Assembly (NCBI GenBank): GCA_965261345.1
Contig: OZ253449.1
Location: forward strand, 160,001 to 224,000
Direction of reading: 5' to 3'
Length of the DNA: 64,000 nucleotides
From: Chloroflexota bacterium
GTDB lineage: Bacteria > Chloroflexota > UBA11872 > VXNJ01
This document shows positions 51,118 through 62,024 of the stretch, piece by piece; positions within the stretch are counted from its first letter, which is position 1, and each line of letters begins with the position of its first letter. Below the pieces are notes generated by a model. The model made no database searches. It was not told the DNA's origin and saw only the letters and a list, made by a program, of their open reading frames with translations. The translations under genes and the position numbers were made by a program.

Positions 51118-51687
51118 ATGCCTCGGGTAGCGTCAATAATTGACGTCTCCGATTTGTCTCAAATCGTTGCTATTGATGTCGAAACCACCGGGTTGTCGCC
51201 CAACCGTGACCGCATCGTCGAGGTGGCATTGGTCGGATTGGATAAATCCGCGAACCCGGATTGGTCCTGGCAGTCGCTCATCAATCCAGGTCGCCAAATA
51301 CCTGCCCAGGCCACAGCAATTCACGGTATCACCAGCCGGGAAGTTGCAGCGGCGCCGGCTTTTTCCGATCTATCCGACGAGATCCTGCAATCCTTGCAGG
51401 GAAAGATCTTAATGGCGCACAATCTGCAGTTTGATGCCCAATTCTTACGGGCGGAAATTCGGCGGTCTGGCAGGAAGATGCCCGCCCTCCACGGCGTGGA
51501 CACGCTAGATTTGGCTCGGCGATACGGTTGGCGGGCCGGATCCTCGCACCGGCTCGGCGACCTGTGCCGCCAATACGGGATCCAAACCTCCAATTTGCAC
51601 CGGGCGCTCGGCGATGCGATGGCAACGTGTCGGCTGCTGCAGGTCATGATGGGGAGTTCGGGGGAGTTCGCCCGCCGGCAAGCGTGA
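51118..51687 (+). CDS. DEDDh 3'-5' exonuclease (DnaQ-like)
   Basis: IDVETTG, AHNLQFD, HRALGDA. Confidence 0.92.
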   Translation: MPRVASIIDVSDLSQIVAIDVETTGLSPNRDRIVEVALVGLDKSANPDWSWQSLINPGRQIPAQATAIHGITSREVAAAPAFSDLSDEILQSLQGKILMAHNLQFDAQFLRAEIRRSGRKMPALHGVDTLDLARRYGWRAGSSHRLGDLCRQYGIQTSNLHRALGDAMATCRLLQVMMGSSGEFARRQA

Positions 51688-52670
51688 TTTACGGCTACGC
51701 TGCGCTTTTACATTTCATGGCACGGACGCAGATGTTCGCTAACCGATTGAACATTTCAGAGTTTTAAAAAATTTGGTTCGAAATTTCTCGATGAGCCGGG
51801 TCGGACCAAGATAACGTAATGCATCGTCTCCAATTGAACAAAGAAATCGACTTATTGCAGATGCCTGACCGACACAGAATTAACCGTGGGGGCGGCCGAG
51901 TCTTATCAATAATTTCTCGCCGTGGTTTCCCGGCATCCTGCCTTTGCTTTCTACAGCAGGGCGAATTGCCCGACTTCAGCGTGGGAGATTGGGCTTGGTT
52001 CGAGGCCAAGTTCGGACCGCTACCTCAGTCCGAGCCTTACTTTCAGCAGCGCTGGGTGCTGTGCAAAACAGGCAACGACGGCGCCGAGCATCTGGCTCGA
52101 TCGAACAGGCACCCTGGACTCATCACCGCCGGAGTTATGGCAGGTTGCAATCATCACCATCGTTCGGCGTCGGATGCTTGGTTCTGTCCCGACTCCGCAT
52201 CCCGCAGTCGACATAGGGCGGGTACGCTCAGTCGCAATTCCCCCAAAGCGCCAGATCGCCCACGCGAACGCACCGATTGGCACCTGGAATTGCTCGCTTG
52301 CGTCGGCGGCGTATGGCGCATGATCGACGAAGTTGAAAACCACGGAATCGTGTTGTACTGAGTCTGGCGGCGATCCCAATACGAACTTATTGCCGAGTCC
52401 AATCCGCATGGATCCCCAATCAATGGGGACCGCTCATCGTCGACAGATGAAGTTGCAAAAGCCGGTTGATCAAATCGATTCATAAACCCGAACAAATGGA
52501 ATGGCGCTTCGTCGAAATACGACGATCACTCTCAGGCGTGTTAACTATCTGTAGTAAGCACTATGTCGAGTGTTCGTTCGAGCAAACGATTGTGCTCATA
52601 TTGGATCCGCAGATCAGGTGCCATCAACTCCGGGCCGGACTCAATCACGACCACGGCTCTGGCCGCTTCC

Positions 52671-54437
52671 CTACGTTTCCGTGGGATTCTCAGCGCCGGA
52701 GTCGCGGCCGCCAGATCGGATATCAGACATCAATTGAGTAATTTGTCTTTGCTGGCGTCGGCGCCATAGCTCAATGAGGCGGGGGGGGGTAAAGAAAGCG
52801 ATCACCGCAAGCGGGATCCAGTAAACGGATAGCGCCACCACCCAAATCAACACGGTCCCCAAAGCTTGTCCGATTCCGGCGACTGCCTGAGTTGCCGTCC
52901 GGATGGTCGCGCCGGGATCCCAGCCGGTTGCGAAAAAGCCGCGATATTCATTCACGACCACTTGGGTCGACGCAATTGCCGAAATCTCACCGGCATCGCT
53001 GTCGGCCGTGATCGTAAGGACCGCCACAAATGGTTCGGCTCGGTGGTTTTCGTAGGTATGGGTTCGCCGTACTTCCGTTTCGCTCTCGATGAGCGGCAAG
53101 ATGGCATCGGGTGAGTCGTCACCGAAACTCCATCGGGCGCGGAAGTTCGAGAGGCCGGCCGGCCGGGTGAAAGATCCAACCAATTCGATTGGGCGCCCAG
53201 CGTCAACTTGCAGTCTCTCGTCGCCGGCGAAAACGGTAATTGCAGGAACTCGGGCAACGGTCGCGATCAGGGTATCCGATCCTTCAAATATTCCTGCGGG
53301 ACCGGTGGCAGAAATTTGAAATTCGATGATGTACGGAGACTCGGTGACATGGTGGTAGGAGTGGATGACGGTCGAAGTTATGCGCTCGCCCGGAACAGTA
53401 GTGGGTGCGGTTCGATAGCCAGTCACCACAGGCGAGCCGTCGCCGAAATCCCAGTGGTATCCGAAGGCTTCTATATCTTCCGGTGGGACAAAGGTTGCCC
53501 GAAAAGTAGACCGCCGGCCAATGCTCAACGTCTGATCGACGCCGACGTCCACCGGCATTGATTGCGGTGCCAGATTGACTCGGATATTGATCAATGAATA
53601 CGCCGATGCTTGTTCCAAGTATTTGTTGCGCCCCAAGATCGTTTCAATCTACGATTGGATCTGGACCAATTCGCGCTGCACAGTTAGCGCGTCCTGCACG
53701 CTTTCAGCGCGATCCATGATTACCAGGACGATCGCTTCAGCTGCCCGCAGGCTCGTTAATCGCGATTGGTTGTCGACGTACTCATCAGTCAAATCGGTAC
53801 TAGATGATGCTTCCGCGGTAACTTCAACCGCCGTCTGCCGCAAAAAAGAAAGGGCGTCGTCTAGGAGTTCAGCTGGTACCCGGATGGACACAAAGCCGGT
53901 GTGGGTCGACTCCCTATCGGATGAAACCACCCATCCGCCCAACTCTCTGGCAACCGTGCTGATTCGGTCGATTGCCCCGGCGACGTTGCTGGCAATGAGC
54001 GAAATATTAACGGTTCGAATGATGATTCGGCCGCGGTCGGCCGAGGAGGATTGTGCCGCCGGCAAGGGCGGCAGGGTTACGTCGCTGGCAGTAGACGCTG
54101 CAGAGGAACTGGACCGGGCAACTGCGGCGCTGGCGCTCGATGGCGCTGGCACGGACGGTGGCGCGGAGGCTGAGGCGGCCAACGCCACCGGAACAGGCCG
54201 GGACTCATCAAAGGATGGGGCGCCGCCGGACATCGCTTCAGTGCTGAAAGAAAAGTCGCTCTCGACCATCTCGACCATTGCGCTTGCGGGGGCAGCGGCC
54301 TCGAAAGCAACTGATTCCTCCTCGCCACCGCATCCGGCCAGGGCCAACGCCACCACGAAGAGGGCCGCAGCTATTACTACTGGCCTAAGCTGCCGTGCGA
54401 CACCCAGCATCTTCACCACCGCAATTAGTTTGAGCAC
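52671..54437 (-). pseudogene. DUF4349 lipoprotein with two inserted PKD domains; single in-frame TAG at 53649-53651
   Basis: Lipobox LAGC, DUF4349 motifs (IRVPA, DLTDEYVD..SRL), PKD motifs WDFGDGS and WSFGDDS, C-terminal TM. ORFs 53649..54437 and 52671..53636 share a frame. Confidence 0.8.
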
Positions 54438-54819
54438 ATAAGGGCCTTCTCGTGGCCCAATCTTGTTCCAACAGGGAAGGCGCCACCGAGAGGTGGGTCC
54501 CTACAAAATTGCCCTTCTCAGGCCTCTGGACAGGGAAATCTCCGCCGGCAAGGTGCTCGCGCCGCGACGCAAACTCGTTGCCAAATGAAGCTTGTCGTTC
54601 CTCGGTGGGGCCCAGATACTCGAGGAGACCGCATGGTCATTCCATGTCCTTGTTCGCACTCATTTGGAACAATGATCATGTCTTGTATCCAGATTCCGCC
54701 GCATCCGGATGCGGCATCCAAGATAACAAGACATAACACGGATTATGTTCAATGGATGCCAAATTGCGGCTTGTTGACGCCTTCTGAATTCGATTGCGAT
54801 CGGACTCAACTTGCCTCGA

Positions 54820-57276
54820 TCAAGGTGCCCAGACGTTAAAAATATGAAATTCGCGCGGTTCTTGCTGCCCGCCGAGTAAACCGGCAAAAATCGACACTTG
54901 CCCTCGATCAAAGTTGTGGCTCAGATCGAGTGGGCCGACAGGCTGCCCATCAACGAATAGCCAACCGAGTGCGCCGAATGCAATCAACCTGATCCGCCGG
55001 TTGGTTTCCCACCATTCCGGCGCCGGCAATTCACCGTCGGCAACCAGCGTGAAATCTTCGTCATCGGGTTCGCGTGTGTAGTGGTACCAGCGATCGTTGC
55101 CCGAAATGCCAACTATCTCCGTTCGGTTAAATTCCGAATTGCGCACCGCGAAACCAGCACTCCACCCCCTGCCACTGGGGAAAGGGAATGCCACTTCCGC
55201 AACTACATCACGCGTATCTACGCCGCTAAGGTGCCACAGGGTATTTGTTTGTGACCCTTCTAGCAATGCGCCGCCGTCTGACAGATAGCGGTCTTCAAGC
55301 GCCTGCCCTGCGAAGTTCTCAACGGTGGTCTTAGCGCCAGCTACTTCATTCCCTGCAAAGAAACCCGTCATCACTGCGACTTCGCCGGAATGCTCTGCCG
55401 CAGAAAGGTCCAGCTCAGCTACGAACGCGCCATTGCAGAAGAGCCATCCGGTCCGGCCGATCGCGGCCAGCTGAATGCGGTTTCTGCCGCCGGCTTCAAG
55501 ATTGAATCTCTCCACCGTCCCATCTTGAACCAAGTCCCGACTGCTGCCTACTCCGGCGAAAACGTACCACTCGGAATTTGTCACGAACACAATAAATATT
55601 GGTGGCGCGGCTTCCCCGCCGCGTCGCAAGATGAATCCATAGTCGATCGGTTGGTCAACTACAGCTTTCGGGTTGACAAATGTGGCGTCCAGCCACATGT
55701 TTTCCGCATTGAATCGCGCGAAGCCGGTTTCGATTCTTCCGTCTTCGGGGTCGTGGGGTATCTCGACCGTGATCGGGCCAAAATTACTTGCGGCCGCATC
55801 GGGCATCTGATCAGGTGGCGGATTTGTGTTCGGGGCTGGACGGGCCAGTGCCCCTGACAACAGATCCGGCAATTGGCTCGCGATCTGATCATAGCGAATG
55901 GCGAATCCGATTCCTTGCGCTACATCCCCGCGGAAACCCGCGGTATTCATGCCCACGACCTGGCCGCGCAGATTCAATAACGGGCCGCCGCTGTTTCCCG
56001 GATTGATTGCGGCATCGGTCTGAAGAAATAAGACCGGTCCGAATGTTCGGTTCTCTGATGAGACAATTCCGGTCGTAACCGTCATACCGCCCTGGAGTCC
56101 GAGCGGGAATCCCAGCGCCACCACGGATTCCCCGGAGTTGATATCGGTGGCAAGCATCAGGTGAGGGGTTGACGCGGGCACGTCGATCTTCAGCAAGGCC
56201 AAATCGTGCGTTGAATCGAATCCGACAACCGTTGCCGCGTACTGTTGGCCGCCTTCATATTCGACCGTTAATTCGCTCATGCCCTCCACCACGTGCGCGT
56301 TGGTTAAGACATGCCCATCCGAATCAATCAGAAATCCGGAGCCAGACCCTAGCGCGCCAGTTATTCGGACGACTGAAGTCCGGGCGTCGGCGACAACCTC
56401 GGTGACCGTGCGCAGCGGCGGCGGCAGAAGGTCGCCTATCAGCGCGTATTGATCGGGAAGTTCGGGGGCCAAGCCGCCCGCCGGAAACATTCCCAACTGC
56501 TTGGCTACGTCACCGCCGTTGGCCACGGTCACCTGGCCGGCGTTCGCCCAGGGGAAATCCTGGGTCCATAGTTGAAGCACTGCCCGTTGCAACCGCACCG
56601 TTCGCAATCCCGGGAATGCATTCACCACGGAAGTCGGGAGTCCGAAGAACCGCAGCGGGTCGGACACCGAGCGATACGCCTCAAGCAATGCCGGTTCGGC
56701 TTCCAGTAGACGCGTTCGGCCGGCAACTACCTGGCTGAACGAGAATCCGGCTTCTTCGAATTCCTCCTCGGCCGGGATCAACAGCCCTTCAAGTGATTCG
56801 TCAAAGCCGAGCCGGTGCAAATCATCCAATACGTTTACGAAAGCGACGGAATCGGATTCCGGCCGCCACTGGAACACGACCTTCTGCATGGCCTGGGTCG
56901 TAAAACCATCCCAGATGAAGCGCCGCGAGACCGGATACCCCACTGCCTCCACTCCGCCAAAGGCTTGAAATGCCTCCCAGAATCGGGCTTCCTGATCGTC
57001 GGTGACCGCATATCCGTCAAGCGGATCGGGACTGTCGCCGCCTGTTTGGGTGAAGAACCACCCATTGGCAATAGGAAAGTCCGGGCTCTCTGCTAACGCG
57101 TCGATCGGGGTCAGGAAAGAAGCGAACAGCAAGGCGAATATGGCCGCCCAAATCGTCGCCTTTCCGCGTCCGAATTTGCGAAGACAGGCTATTTGGGATG
57201 TGTTCATTACCCGTAAATTAAGCGAAACATTCCCCCTGGGGACAGATTCGTCGCGACCCGTTGTTAGTGACATCAC
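54820..57276 (-). CDS. Secreted trypsin-like (S1C) serine protease, multidomain, no PDZ
   Basis: TNAHV, HDLALL, GNSGGP triad; N-terminal GYPVSRRF/FGLP domain; two C-terminal beta repeats. True start may be downstream. Confidence 0.88.
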   Translation of the reverse strand: MMSLTTGRDESVPRGNVSLNLRVMNTSQIACLRKFGRGKATIWAAIFALLFASFLTPIDALAESPDFPIANGWFFTQTGGDSPDPLDGYAVTDDQEARFWEAFQAFGGVEAVGYPVSRRFIWDGFTTQAMQKVVFQWRPESDSVAFVNVLDDLHRLGFDESLEGLLIPAEEEFEEAGFSFSQVVAGRTRLLEAEPALLEAYRSVSDPLRFFGLPTSVVNAFPGLRTVRLQRAVLQLWTQDFPWANAGQVTVANGGDVAKQLGMFPAGGLAPELPDQYALIGDLLPPPLRTVTEVVADARTSVVRITGALGSGSGFLIDSDGHVLTNAHVVEGMSELTVEYEGGQQYAATVVGFDSTHDLALLKIDVPASTPHLMLATDINSGESVVALGFPLGLQGGMTVTTGIVSSENRTFGPVLFLQTDAAINPGNSGGPLLNLRGQVVGMNTAGFRGDVAQGIGFAIRYDQIASQLPDLLSGALARPAPNTNPPPDQMPDAAASNFGPITVEIPHDPEDGRIETGFARFNAENMWLDATFVNPKAVVDQPIDYGFILRRGGEAAPPIFIVFVTNSEWYVFAGVGSSRDLVQDGTVERFNLEAGGRNRIQLAAIGRTGWLFCNGAFVAELDLSAAEHSGEVAVMTGFFAGNEVAGAKTTVENFAGQALEDRYLSDGGALLEGSQTNTLWHLSGVDTRDVVAEVAFPFPSGRGWSAGFAVRNSEFNRTEIVGISGNDRWYHYTREPDDEDFTLVADGELPAPEWWETNRRIRLIAFGALGWLFVDGQPVGPLDLSHNFDRGQVSIFAGLLGGQQEPREFHIFNVWAP

Positions 57277-58162
57277 CTCTAGCTAATTGCCCGTCAATTT
57301 ACCCTTCCTGGATGGGCTTCAAGGCCTCCGTTAGACAATGCCGAATTGAACACTTGAGATTGCGGCAGCAAATCACGCGTAGGCAGCCAATCTGCAGATG
57401 AAACCACGTTGCGGCCATACTGCTGGCAACCGATTGATTCTTTGTGAATTGGCGCGAGCGCGGTGCGAACGCCATCTCCGCAATGCCAGCGTTCGACGAT
57501 GCCGCGGCGCGATCCATTCCTGCGTATTGCGACCGAATCGCATCGAGTTTCACCCCTAAATTTAATTGGACGGATATTGGTGGCGCCAACCATGGCACCC
57601 TCGGCCAGTTCAACCTGCCACCCGGGGCCGATCGAGGGCCGCATCCGAGAGACGGAACAATCATTGACAGCAGGGAGGGGTGAAATGGCCGACAAGCGAA
57701 GGATTTTGATGTGCGCCCGAGTGAGCACTTTAAATGTTCTGACATAACGCTCAATCGGCATTCGTCCGATACGAAACTAATATAAGTTGCCATTTTCGGG
57801 AACAGGCCACTTGGTTTGTGGCGAGAAATAGGCGCATCGAAATTGGTTCGAGCTCAGTTAATGTGAACCTAATTACAATTATGTCCACCTACCCTGACGA
57901 GCGAAGAATTATCTCGGTTCGAGGCGAAAGCGGCGGCACGGCTTCATGCCGCTAACCGGGATCGGGCGGGTGCGCCAACGGCGGCCGCTGCGCTTGGGCT
58001 CTCCCAACCAACGTCATATGGGTCGCGGTACTCGACTGAGCACGACCGCTGGCAGCCCAGGAGCCAGATACCGCAGCGACAATTTAGACTGTCTGCCCAT
58101 GATGCACGAACCTCCGACACCTAGCCCGGCACCCGGTTGCGAGTACTTCGATTTCGCCCAAT

Positions 58163-59761
58163 ACGAGTAGATTCACGCATGTAATCGTCGGTGCCGGCGC
58201 CGGCGGTTGCGTGGTCGCAAATCGCTTGAGCGAAGATCCGGCCAACAACGTGCTGCTGCTCGAGGCGGGCGGGCGCGATCGGAATCCTTTGATTCAGATC
58301 CCTGCCGGAATTACGCGGCTCGCAACTCCCGACTTGGATTGGACCTTTACAACCGCACCGCAGGTCCAGATGAACAACCGCGAAATGTGGTATCCGCAGG
58401 GCCGAACGCTGGGCGGATCGACCTCGATCAATGCCATGATCTACGTCCGTGGTCACCGGAGCGACTATGACGGTTGGCGAGCCCTTGGCAATCAGGGGTG
58501 GGGCTATGACGATGTCCTGCCATGGTTTCGCCGATCCGAGAAACATGCGCGCCTCAACAACGAGTTTCATGGAGTCGACGGCGACCTGAGCGTTTCCCGC
58601 CAAGCCCAGTACAACCCCTTAACGCGGGCGTTCGTGCTGGCCGGCCAGGAATTGGGCCTGGAATTTAACGACGATGTGAACGGGGCCCGGCAGGATGGGA
58701 TCACGTTCTACGACTTGACCCAGCGCGACGCCCGGCGCGAAAGTGCCGCCACCGCATTCCTGCACCCGGTCGGCGATCGCGACAACTTGACCGTCCGCAC
58801 GCGGGCGCATGCGACCCGGATTCTGATTGAGGGCGGCGCCGCAATCGGAATCGAATACCGCTGCAGGGGCCAACTCGAGACTGCTTTAGCCGACGATGAG
58901 GTGGTCCTCAGCGGCGGTACGATCAATTCCCCGCGCTTGTTGCTGCTGTCAGGGATCGGGCCGGCCGACGAGCTGGGCGGCCTCGGCATCGAGGCAGTGC
59001 ACGATCTTCCCGGGGTTGGCAAGAACTTCCAGGACCACATGGACGTTTTCGTCGTCGCCGAAACCGAACCAGTTTCATACAGCGGGATCAACCGCTTGGG
59101 TAACCGGCTCCGGCACATGCTGCAGTACAAGCTTTATCGATCCGGCCCGATGGCGGCCGCTGTGGCCGAGGCGGGCGCCTTCATCCGCTCCAGCGATGCG
59201 GTCGAAGCGCCCGACATCCAGGTTCACTGCCTGCCGTCCCTGGTTGTGATAAAAGATGGCCCAATTCCGACCAAGGGCCACGGTGTTTCCCTTTTTTCCT
59301 GCAATCTGCGCCCGAAAAGCATCGGGTCGATAACGCTGCGTTCATCCAATCCTGAAGAACCACCCCTGATCGATCCCAATTACTGCGGCGATTCGGAAGG
59401 CTACGACTGGAAGATCTCAATCGAGGGACTCAGATGGGCCCGCCGGTTGTTGCAGACCCGGGCTTTTGCGCCGCTAGTCCGTTCAGAGCAGTTACCGGGT
59501 CCGGACGTTCAGAGCGAAGAGGGGATCCGTGCCTACATCCGAGAGTGGTGCAAAACCGATCATCACCCGGTGGGCTCGTGCGCGATGGGGGAGGGGGATA
59601 TGGCGGTGGTGGATAACCATCTGCGGGTGCATGGTTTGGACCGGCTGCGGGTTATCGATGCTTCGGTCATGCCGCGCTTGATCAGCGGTAACACCCAGGC
59701 AACGACGATGATGATCGGCGAACGTGGGGCGGCGATGATACGAAGCGGCCAACTGGCCTGA
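58163..59761 (+). CDS. GMC oxidoreductase (choline dehydrogenase-like), canonical start codon missing
   Basis: VIVGAGAGG motif lies upstream of GTG 58211; GRTLGGSTSINAM, GKNFQDH, HPVGSC, GNTQA. Confidence 0.85.
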   Translation, partial: TSRFTHVIVGAGAGGCVVANRLSEDPANNVLLLEAGGRDRNPLIQIPAGITRLATPDLDWTFTTAPQVQMNNREMWYPQGRTLGGSTSINAMIYVRGHRSDYDGWRALGNQGWGYDDVLPWFRRSEKHARLNNEFHGVDGDLSVSRQAQYNPLTRAFVLAGQELGLEFNDDVNGARQDGITFYDLTQRDARRESAATAFLHPVGDRDNLTVRTRAHATRILIEGGAAIGIEYRCRGQLETALADDEVVLSGGTINSPRLLLLSGIGPADELGGLGIEAVHDLPGVGKNFQDHMDVFVVAETEPVSYSGINRLGNRLRHMLQYKLYRSGPMAAAVAEAGAFIRSSDAVEAPDIQVHCLPSLVVIKDGPIPTKGHGVSLFSCNLRPKSIGSITLRSSNPEEPPLIDPNYCGDSEGYDWKISIEGLRWARRLLQTRAFAPLVRSEQLPGPDVQSEEGIRAYIREWCKTDHHPVGSCAMGEGDMAVVDNHLRVHGLDRLRVIDASVMPRLISGNTQATTMMIGERGAAMIRSGQLA

Positions 59762-60329
59762 TTGCGATCGAGGGCTAACGCGCGCGTCCACGCCATCGAC
59801 CCGTTCAGGTCGGGGGGCGTCGGCCGAAGGGATGTTGCCGGTGCGCTCTCTCAGCTCGATGTCACTGATCTGGGTCCGAAAGGTGTGGCCGGCGGGGTTG
59901 ATCTCTACCGCGGCGAGTGTCTTGGGCGGAACGTCCTCTACAACATAGGAATCGCCGGTGCCGGCCAGGGATTCCGATACCCCGATGCCACAGCGGGCCA
60001 ATTTGCCGCCCGGATACGCCCCTCAACCAGCATCGCCACACCCCGCAATTAGCAACGACGAAGTTTCCAGCAGCGCCAATTCGGCCTGCTTTTTCCAGCC
60101 TGAGATCATCGGTCAGGAGATTGAGGGTCGATTTGTTTTGGTCACGCCGCGCTAATTTTCCAACTACAACGCCAAGTGCCCGTTGCCCCTATGCCAGTTC
60201 GCCGCGTCCGCGCCATTGCGCAGTTGGCACTGGTCCGGACGGATCGGCGAAAACTGGCATTGGACCAGTGAAAATTCTTGCGGTCCTGTGCCCTTCGCGA
60301 CGACGATCCGAAAAATCTAGCTGCGATGG

Positions 60330-61245
60330 TTAGGAATCGGCATCGCAACCGCTCGATTCCGGATAGAACTGATCGCAGTAGGCGCGAAAGGCCCTAACCT
60401 CGCCATCGGATCGGCAAAGGCGCGGCTGGGAGAGGTATTGCTCGCGGCCCCAGATCTCCACATCCTGTAGGACATCGTGCTCCTGCGGGGACGCCATGAA
60501 CTTGTCCGTGATGGGGGCGCGCAACCCGACCGGCAGAAACCCGAGGCCCAGAATCCATCGCTTCGGGCTGGCGGATCGCGCGCACCTGCGAGGCCAGCAA
60601 CATATCGATTTTTTTACCGTCGACCGGGGTCGCCAGTATCCAAAGTCGCATATCCATGCCGATCGAGCGTTCATGGATCTCCACGTACGAGTAGCCCAAA
60701 CCATAAATGTGAGTGTTGGCCGATGGTGCAAAGGTAAGGCTGGCGATGCCGGCGATGTTGCGGGTGCGCGTGAAGTCGAATCGGCTTCTCAGATAGATGC
60801 CGTCAACCAACAATGGATCGACGCGGTCCACGTTGCCATACCCGTGGACGTAGCGCAGGTGGGCCAGATCGACCGAATTTTCGGTTGTTTCCTGAGGGTG
60901 GCCGGGCAAACGGCTGGTCCGAATCGCGAGATCGCACCAGCCGGCCTGGTCGGGCTCATCGGCCGGTAGGTGCCACACCGGCGCCCGTCCATTAATCCCC
61001 CACCAGGCAAAGATCATGCCGCAGATCTCCTTGGTCTCAAAGACCGGCAATCGAGCCGACCTGGGCGGGGCGACAAATGGCGTCTTAACGCACTTGCCGG
61101 TCGCGTCGAATTCGAAGCCATGGAATGGACAGACCAGCCGTCCGCCGCATACCCCCGCCGGCGGTCGGTTCCAAGTCGGAACCCAAGTGCGGACAGACGG
61201 CCTCCGCAACGCAAACCCGCGCATCATCATCTGCCTGATCACCAC
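60330..61245 (-). pseudogene. Rieske oxygenase (KshA/Neverland-like), 5'-truncated, two frameshifts
   Basis: CPHLG and CPFHG Rieske motifs in different frames; ENSVDLAHLRYVH iron site; C-terminal QDVEIW...DGEVRAFRAYCDQFY in a further frame. Confidence 0.85.
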
Positions 61246-61247
61246 CT

Positions 61248-61799
61248 GTGATCTCTTGCGCTTCGTTTTTCAGCTGGAAGCTGGAAGAAGGGCAGGAGGA
61301 GCGGATCGAGCTCATCTGCAAGATGGATTTGATCGGCCGCTCCATCGCCGAGGCGGTCACACAAAACATGTCCGGCGCGCTGCTGCGCCGCCCCGCGCTG
61401 GCCAAGAAGATTCCGACTGTGCCGCTGCGCCAGCTGGTATTTAATCGCCACCTCCGAAGCGGCAATTTGCCAGCGCTATTTGCAGACCTGGCAGCAAAGC
61501 ATGGCCCAGTTTTCCAGATCGACCGCCGTGCTCGAAACCTATGATCTTTCTCGCTGGCGCCCGCGCCATTCGTTGGACAAATCGGCACGGGCGCATGTAC
61601 CTGCGTGCCCAGGATTACCTCGCCGACTTCGAGAAGGTATACGGCGCGCATGGAATCCTACCCGCCCTGGACGGCGCCGATCATTTTCGGTTTCGCAAGG
61701 CGATGGCGCCGGCACACTCGCTTCAGCGATTGGAAGGGCAGATAGACGAGCTCTACCGCCATGCCCACGAGCACATGGCAAATTGGCAGGTTGGCGAGA
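61248..61799 (+). pseudogene. Cytochrome P450-like N-terminal part, frameshifted near 61530 and interrupted by IS21
   Basis: LAAKHGPVFQI...IFLAG...ILPALDGADHFRFRKAMAPA fits P450 helices A-C. The heme motif is not in the window. Confidence 0.65.
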
Positions 61800-62024
61800 T
61801 GTGGGCGGACACGAAAGATCGCCCATTGGCGGCCACGGAATTGCCCGCCCTAACGATCCTGCGGCCACGTAAAACTGCCCAAAAGCGACCACGAAGGAAC
61901 CGTTAATCGACCTGATTTCTCGCTGATCTAGTAACCCGCCGGAAACCCTGACGGGCCCCCGGCGGAGGCTGCCCCGGTTTGACTTAGCTGGTTTCTCAAC
62001 TCCAGCGGCAACCGGAATCGCCAT

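Noticed and set aside
51819-52560. 180-aa ORF and neighbours as a coding gene
   Set aside because: No recognisable motif or RBS, several competing frames; may be a decayed gene but cannot be supported.
52781-52789. G9 tract as a phase-variation switch
   Set aside because: It lies after the last TM helix near the C-terminus and the frame is open; there is no evidence of variation from a single sequence.
53649-53651. Pyrrolysine or genetic-code reassignment at the amber codon
   Set aside because: TAG is used as a normal stop by other genes here (e.g. 12338, 35139), and no pyl genes are in the window.
57294-58090. ORFs or a riboswitch in the long divergent intergenic region
   Set aside because: No protein motif or recognisable RNA family consensus; an Rfam scan would be needed.
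59762-60330. Short ORFs between the GMC gene and the Rieske pseudogene
   Set aside because: Overlapping frames on both strands without identifiable motifs.
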